DNA of 35,435 nt. Origin: Ministeria vibrans ATCC 50519 (Eukaryota; Protista; Filasterea). The notes beneath the pieces are model-generated. The model saw only the letters and a list, made by a program, of their open reading frames with translations, was not told the origin of the DNA and made no database searches. Location: NCBI GenBank assembly GCA_943704425.1, contig CALSCP010000281.1:59713-95147 (forward strand), written 5' to 3'. A program made the position numbers and the translations under genes. Below are positions 29,094 through 35,435 of the stretch, piece by piece. The first letter of the stretch is position 1. Each line of letters opens with the position of its first letter.

Positions 29094-31603
29094 CCTCCTT
29101 CTCCTCACTCGCTAAACGACTCTTTTTGGCGTTGCAGCGACCGCCAAGCCATTGGCATTTTTCCGGCATCGTTCATCCAGCTGTTTGACTGCACCTGTCA
29201 CATTGTAGAATCTGAAAATGGGTACACAAGAGAGATAGTGAGTGAGTGAGAGAGAGAGAGATGCAACGAAACAGCGAAAAATAAGAAAAAGCGATAATAA
29301 TACACACTTTTGTGTTCTCTTTTTTAGACCTGTGACAGTCACTGTGCCAAAAGAGGACTCGTGCGCCGTTGAAGCTGCAGCCACCATCCGCCAATGGGGT
29401 CGTCTTGCGCGTGACATGTTCATGGTACGAAAGAGAGAGAGAGAGGAAAGAGAGAGAGAGAGAGGAAAGAGAGAGAGAAAGGAGGGTGAAAGAAGCAAAG
29501 TGATAGAGAGAGAGAGACAAAGTGATAGAGAGGGAGAGAAAGGAGGGAGAAAGAAGCAAAGTGATAGAGAGAAAGTGATGGAGAGANNNNNNNNNNNNNN
29601 NNNNNNNNNNNNNNNNNNNNNNNNNNNNNNNNACAAAGTGATGGAGAGAGGAGATAGAAACAAAGTAATAGAGAGGAGGTGTTAGATGAACAAACTAACA
29701 ACGTAATCTTGTATACTCTTGTAGCAAGGCAAAATGGACGTGTATAACACCCTGCGCGCCTCAATTACCGAAGTGATCTTGTTACGCCGCCACGCGCTCT
29801 CAGGCACCCTGCCGCACGACCAACTGCTGGACATGCGGCGACGCATTGCTGACAAGATTGATCGGCAGAATCGGACACTCGGCTTTGACCTGGTGCCCCG
29901 CGACAACATTGGCAATTTGGTGGACCATCGCACCAAGAGCGTCATTGATTTGTTTCGGCTGCACCAGAGCATCGCTCTCGCCTACCAGAACGAGAAAGCC
30001 AGTCGCACTCAGCCACGCGCCGAATCAGTCGAGATCTCTCCTAGCGCCGTCCATCATGTCATCATGAAGGTCACGCAGGCCGACCTCACCGTCTACGAAG
30101 AGGCTGAAATGCTGTTCTCCATCTATTCCACGCGTCCCCAAAAGCTCACGGGTGGTCCCCAATTCCACAATGAGGTAAGAGAGACAATATTTAAAATTCT
30201 TGTTTTTTATTCATTTGTCTCATTTTCGATTTTCGTAGGACTTTTATGTGCGCGTGAGTAACCGCGGCAAACTGGTGGACGTTGACAAGCCCGAGCGACT
30301 CCAGACTATCTTTGAGGACCTGTCGGACGAGACGGTTAACACCTACGAGACGTATCTCGTCTGCAGAATATTCACCATTGGCCGAATGGAACCGAGCGAA
30401 AGCACCGTCGACACGCGCACTTCACTCAAGCTTCGACGACCATGCGGTGTCGGTGTTCTCAACATGACCAAGGTGGTGCGCGACCACAGCAGCGAAGAAC
30501 TCGACGAACACTTTGACATGTACTCCTGCAACAACATCGCAACCGACTCGGAAATGCCTTTTCTTCACTCTCACATCATCGCCAATCGCGTCGACATCAA
30601 AAAGGTATACTTTTTTGTTTATATATTTTTTTGCCACTCCTCTGACACACACCCCTTTCGTTTTTACCTTTCTTTTTTTTTCTTCTTTTTTTTCGCCTTG
30701 TTTTCACAGTTTCCGAAGATGCGGGGCCTGGGTGTCCGTGTGGCTTTGCGTGTGTTCCATGGCGAACCGGAGAAGCTCAAGGAGGAAATGCTCAAGGAGG
30801 CGCACTGGACACGCAAGCTGGGCTTTCCCGAGATTGTCTACCCCGGCAACAAACGCAACGACTTTTACGTGTCCATTGGCTCGGGCGACTTCCCCGCCAA
30901 CAACAAGCGAGGCGCTGCCAACATCGAGTGTGTTATGGCCGTCATGCTCGACAGTGGCGAGGTGCTCAACGACTGTATCATTTTGCCTAACGAGCGCAAC
31001 GTCAGCGAGTACTGCTCTACCATCTACTATCACACACACAAGCCCACCTGGCACGAGACAGTCCGCTTGCACATTCCCCACGAGAAAAGCAAGCGCAATC
31101 CCCACCTGCGCTTCATCTTTCGACTCGTCAGCAGCAAAGAGGAAAAGTCTGCGACCACCTGGGCCTTCTCCTTCCTTCGCCTGCTTGCCGAAGATGGCAC
31201 CGTCATCGACGACGGCCAACACGTCCTGCCCGTCTATCGCTACTCCCCCAAGGTCGACTCCCCCACCGTCTATCTCCACGACAACGGCACTCTCAACGCC
31301 AACAGCACTGTTGGCTCAAACGTGCCCCAGCCCCAACGCAACAAAGGCGAGTCCTTCTCCATCACCACCCAGCTCTGCTCCACCAAGGTCACCCAAAACG
31401 CCACGCTACTCGGCCTGCTCAAGTGGAGCTCCAACAAACCCACCATTGGCGTCTCTCTCCAACGCATGGTCGGTGTCGACCCCAACGAAGTCGTCAAGTT
31501 TCTCGAAGATATTTTCAACGCACTCTTCTGCATTCTCGATCACGACGCTGACCGCTTCAAGGTATAACAAAAAAAGCAAACAAAAAGCAAACGAAAAGCA
31601 TAG

Positions 31604-31645
<42 letters not shown>

Positions 31646-34600
31646 AATGCTTCATCTGTTTCTTAGATGCTCGTGTTTGATGTGCTTATTTACATCATTG
31701 GCATTCCGGCTCAGCCGCGCTACGAGCACTTCCGTGCCGTCCTCAACGTCTACATTCAAAAACATTTCAGTGGGGCGATGGCGCATTCACCGCTCCTTTC
31801 GTGCCTTACGGCATACGTCACGTCGGCTGCGACGGGCGACAAGACGCCCAAGGAGAAGATTAAGTCGACGTTGCGTGCGCTCGAGTACATCTTCAAGTTT
31901 GTCGTGCAGTCGCGCGTGCTCTATGCCCAGGCGAACCGCGGCGCCGACATGAACGAGTTCAAGCAGGAGGTGCTGCGCACCCTCGGCGTCTTTTACGAGC
32001 TCATGAGCAAGACCGACCCCAAGACTATCAGTGACATTCAGGTGGTGCCGCTGCAGCATCTCTACTCCATCTTTGAGGATCTTAAGCAGATTTTCTCTCC
32101 GGTCGAGCTCGCCGAAGTCGCCCAGAATTTCATCAACGCCATGCCACTCGATACGTCGCCGACTGTACTGGTCGAGTGGAAGCTCAAGTTTCTCGATCAG
32201 ATTGTCAATGGGTTTCTCTTTGAGGACCCTAAGGCACGCGCGCGTCTGTTTCCCTTTGTCTTGCGTCACCTGCGTGCCAACTTGCGCCCCAACAACACGC
32301 TTGCCACCGATCTCAAGGTGCTCATGGACCTGCTCAACATGGTCAAGGCGGACGAGCCAAATGGTCCCACCGAGATTCGCCACCTCGCCGACATGATGTT
32401 GCGCCCGCTCCTCAGCATGGGAGCCAAGACAGTGAGCAAGTCACTGCTCACACGCGACGACGCCATGGGTGTCATCACGTCGCTCTACCATCTGCTCGAT
32501 CTCATGCCCGCGTCAGAGTACGCGCGCGTCGTGAAGATGCACCAAGACGAAGGACCATCACACGAGACGGCAATCCTCAGCGAGGTGCTTGGCGTTGTTG
32601 GCGGCAGCGTCACCGCGCCCGTCTACCCCACCGAGTGGTTCTTCATGCTTGCCGTGCGTCATCGTCTCAGCATCAAGGCGTTTCTTGAGGTTACGCCCGC
32701 CCTCAAGCGTCAGGTCATGACGGGCGCCGAGGCCGCCAAACTTACAAACGCGCCGCCATTTGACCGGCAGCTGTGGGAACTCTTCTTTCAGGTGTGCGTT
32801 GCGTTTGTGCAGCAGCCCCACTTGCAAATCGAAATGTTCCCCGAGCACAAGCAGCGTCTCGTTCTCGAGCAGTTTGGGGACATGCGTCTTGTACTGGCGG
32901 GGCGCATGAAAGAAATGTGGGAGTCGTTGGGGCGACACAAGCAACACTTTGTACCGTCATTTGTCGCGCGTGTCCTTCAGGTGTCGCTCATGCCCAAGCA
33001 ACAGCTCCGCAGCACTCTCTTGCAAATGTTCTTCGACGTGGTCGTGTGTGAGTTTGGCAGTTCGAGCCAGCGCTCGTTTAGCAAGTCGGAGCGTCAGGCC
33101 ATCGACAATCTGGACATTTTCTTTGGCGAGGGCCATGGCGACCACGACTACAAGGAGCAATTTGCCATGGAATTGTTGCCCCGCTTCGACCAGCACCCGG
33201 GCCTGCGCGACAAGGGCCGTCTCTTTGTTAAGACGGTGACGCATCTGCTCGAGTTGCTTCTCGAAATTCGCGAGCTGGGCGACAGTGATCAGCGCAGCAA
33301 CGAGCGCGCCGCCGTCATGCTCAAGTTGATGCGCTTCTTCAAAGACATTGGGCGCGACGAGATGTACGAGAAGTACCTGCAGCGTCTGTGCGAGCTCAAT
33401 CTGCGCGACAACAATTTTACCGAGGCTGCGTTTGCTTTGTGGATGCACGCGAGTCATCTTGACTGGGCCGACGACGACCTGCTACCGCCCATGGGCAACC
33501 ATCCGGCGCAAACGTCTCGCCAGCGCAAGGCATCGCTCTACATGGAGATTATTGAGAACCTCGACAAGGGCAAGGCGTGGGAAAAGGCGATCGAGCTGTG
33601 CAAGGAGCTGGCGCACCAGTACGAGCGCGAAATGGTCGACTACACCAAGATGAGTCAGGTGCTTCAACGTCAGGCGGGCTTCTTCCACTCGATCGTGACG
33701 CAGCCGCGTGGCTTCAGCACCTACTACCGTGTCGGCTTCTACGGCCAGGACTGTCCTCTTTCCGTGCGCAACCGCGAGTTTGTCTACCGCGGTGCGGAAC
33801 TCGAGGACATTGGAACCTTTAGTGAGCGCATTTTGGCACAGTACCCCGGTTCGAAGCGCACCACGAGCAACAAGCCGCCGGGTCCCGAGGTGCGCGAGGC
33901 TGAGGGCATCTTTGTGCAGATTGTCAAGGTGACGCCCGTACCCGAGATACCCTCGTGGATGAAGGGCAAGGATCCGGCCGACGCCATCAGCGCGTACTAC
34001 AAGGTCAACGAGGTGAACCAGTTTTACTATGCGGTGCCCATGAAGAAGAAGACGGGACGCGAAATCGAATACACCGACCCGTCCTGGGCCAAGGACTTTG
34101 CCAAGACTGTCCGCGAGATTGCCTCGCTCTGGCAGGACAAGGTCGTGCTGATGACCGAAGAGCGTCTCCCTGGCATTCTCCGTCGCAGTGCCGTCATTCC
34201 CGATCAGACCGTGCGTCGTGAGATTGCTCCCATCGAAGAGGCGGTGCGTGCCATTGAAGAGCGCAACGAGGTAAAAATTAGTATACTTTATATTACTATT
34301 ATTAATATTATTATTAATAATAATAATTATTATTATTATTATTTATTATTATTATCTAATTATTTTTTATTTTTTTATTTTTTGGTCTCACCACTAACTT
34401 TTTTGTTTTGTTTTTTTTTTCTGCATTTTAGACTTTGGCAAAGTGGAACAGGAAGTATGGTAGTGCACAGCCACCGCAGTACCAACAGGCGTTTTCGCAA
34501 GACTTCAACGGCACCATTGAAGCGGCCGTCAATGGTGGCACCAAGGTGTACGAGATTGTGTTTTTTGACGAGCGTTACGTGAAGATGAATCCAGACCATG

Positions 34601-35370
34601 CGGACATGGTGGAGAGCTTGCGTCAACTTATGGCTGCTCAAATGAGCATTCTCGAAGTGGGTGTCAAGCTGCACGATCGTGTGGTGCCTCCCGAGATGCG
34701 TGCGTTACACGATCGCATGACTCAGGTGTTCAAGAAAATGAAGGCTGAGCGTGGCATTGTGGACGACAGCGAACCGTCGTCGGCACCCGGTGCTGCTGGT
34801 GGTGCCGACGATACTGCAGGTGGTGCGTCGGTGCGACACTCATCGTCGTCAGTCGTGCCATCCACGTCGTCGTCCAATCTTGCTTCGCTTCCTGGTGGTG
34901 GTGTTGGTGCGGGCAACTTTGGCACCGTTGGCAGCGGTGTTGGAGCTGGTGGTGGAGACGACTTGGGCACGTCATCGAAGCACACATCGATGCAACTTGA
35001 CCCCGACGCGCCACCGGTGCGACGTGCCGACGCTGTTGCCTCAGCAGCACAGGCTGCCGAGAAGGCCATGGCTGCCATCATTTCGCCGGCGAGTGTATCA
35101 GCCGGTGCTGGCTCGAGGCGTACATCTGGCCATCGTTCGTCATCCATAACGGGCGAGTCGCGTGACAAGACCGTGCTTTCGCCGGCGGCCGCAGCGGAGC
35201 AAGCTAGCAAAAACCTTCTTGCGGCGGGACCCTCGTCTGCGCCTGCGCCTGCCCCGCCCGTCCAGATTGTCTCTGCATCAGTGCGACGCAGCACTTCAAT
35301 CTTACGTGGCTCCTCAAACATCTCACGACCCGTCTCACGCGGACCTTCCTCCGTCATCTTGCCTGGACAG
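28462..35370 (+). CDS. DOCK-A/B family (DOCK1-5/DOCK180-like) Rac GEF: SH3, DOCK_N, DHR1-C2, ARM, DHR2; probably continues beyond the right edge
   Basis: SH3 MVGWVRTNEDVHYGVAIYNY...LSLDVGETVEI..WYRG...GIFPASFIQL. LRRPCGVGV, KLGFPEIVYPGNKRNDFYV and LCSTKVTQN (DHR1). NFTEAAFAL, LDKGKAWEKAI, YYRVGFYG and GTIEAAVNGG (DHR2 nucleotide-sensor Val). Likely splice donor GTAAAC at 35371. Confidence 0.95.
29430..29680. repeat. GA-rich intronic satellite with repeated AAAGTGATAGAGAG units and an N gap (29587-29632)
   Basis: Seen directly in a DOCK intron. Confidence 0.85.
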
Positions 35371-35435
35371 GTAAACGAGAGAGAGTTTTAAGGAGATTGC
35401 ACTGATCAAAGTGGTTGCTCCTGAGATGGCACAAC

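Noticed and set aside
34471-34482. PPQY (PPxY WW-ligand) in DOCK, tempting as a partner of the neighbouring KIBRA
   Set aside because: It is a single short motif inside the folded DHR2 domain, and such motifs arise often by chance.

Overview
Gene-dense, intron-rich eukaryotic genomic DNA (mostly 50-120 nt GT-AG introns, many carrying (GA)n/(CT)n/(AAT)n microsatellites; three small N gaps). The six-frame ORF track is fragmentary because of splicing, so I rebuilt genes by hand from splice sites and reading-frame phase. In order: WDR5 (-, runs off the left edge); an unusual ~1006-aa protein with a calmodulin-like N-lobe, importin-alpha-like ARM repeats, a possible PB1-like segment and an NCS/calcineurin-B-like EF-hand domain (+); a KIBRA/WWC homolog without a C2 domain (-); WDR82 (-); HSD17B10 (+); an orphan internal copine fragment (+); a PLEKHH/MAX-1-like PH-PH-MyTH4-FERM protein (+); an ankyrin-DHHC palmitoyltransferase (-); the 3' half of an AIM24-family gene (-); an ELAPOR/KIAA1324-like receptor with an extra cadherin-like beta-sandwich (-); an intron-containing, bacterial-type SyrP/TauD dioxygenase whose first iron-binding His is Arg (+); and a DOCK1-5-type Rac GEF (+, runs off the right edge). 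KIBRA, PLEKHH and SH3-DOCK in such a compact genome suggest a unicellular holozoan (inference). I saw no RNA genes, CRISPR arrays or recognisable transposons. All family calls come from recalled motifs, not database searches.
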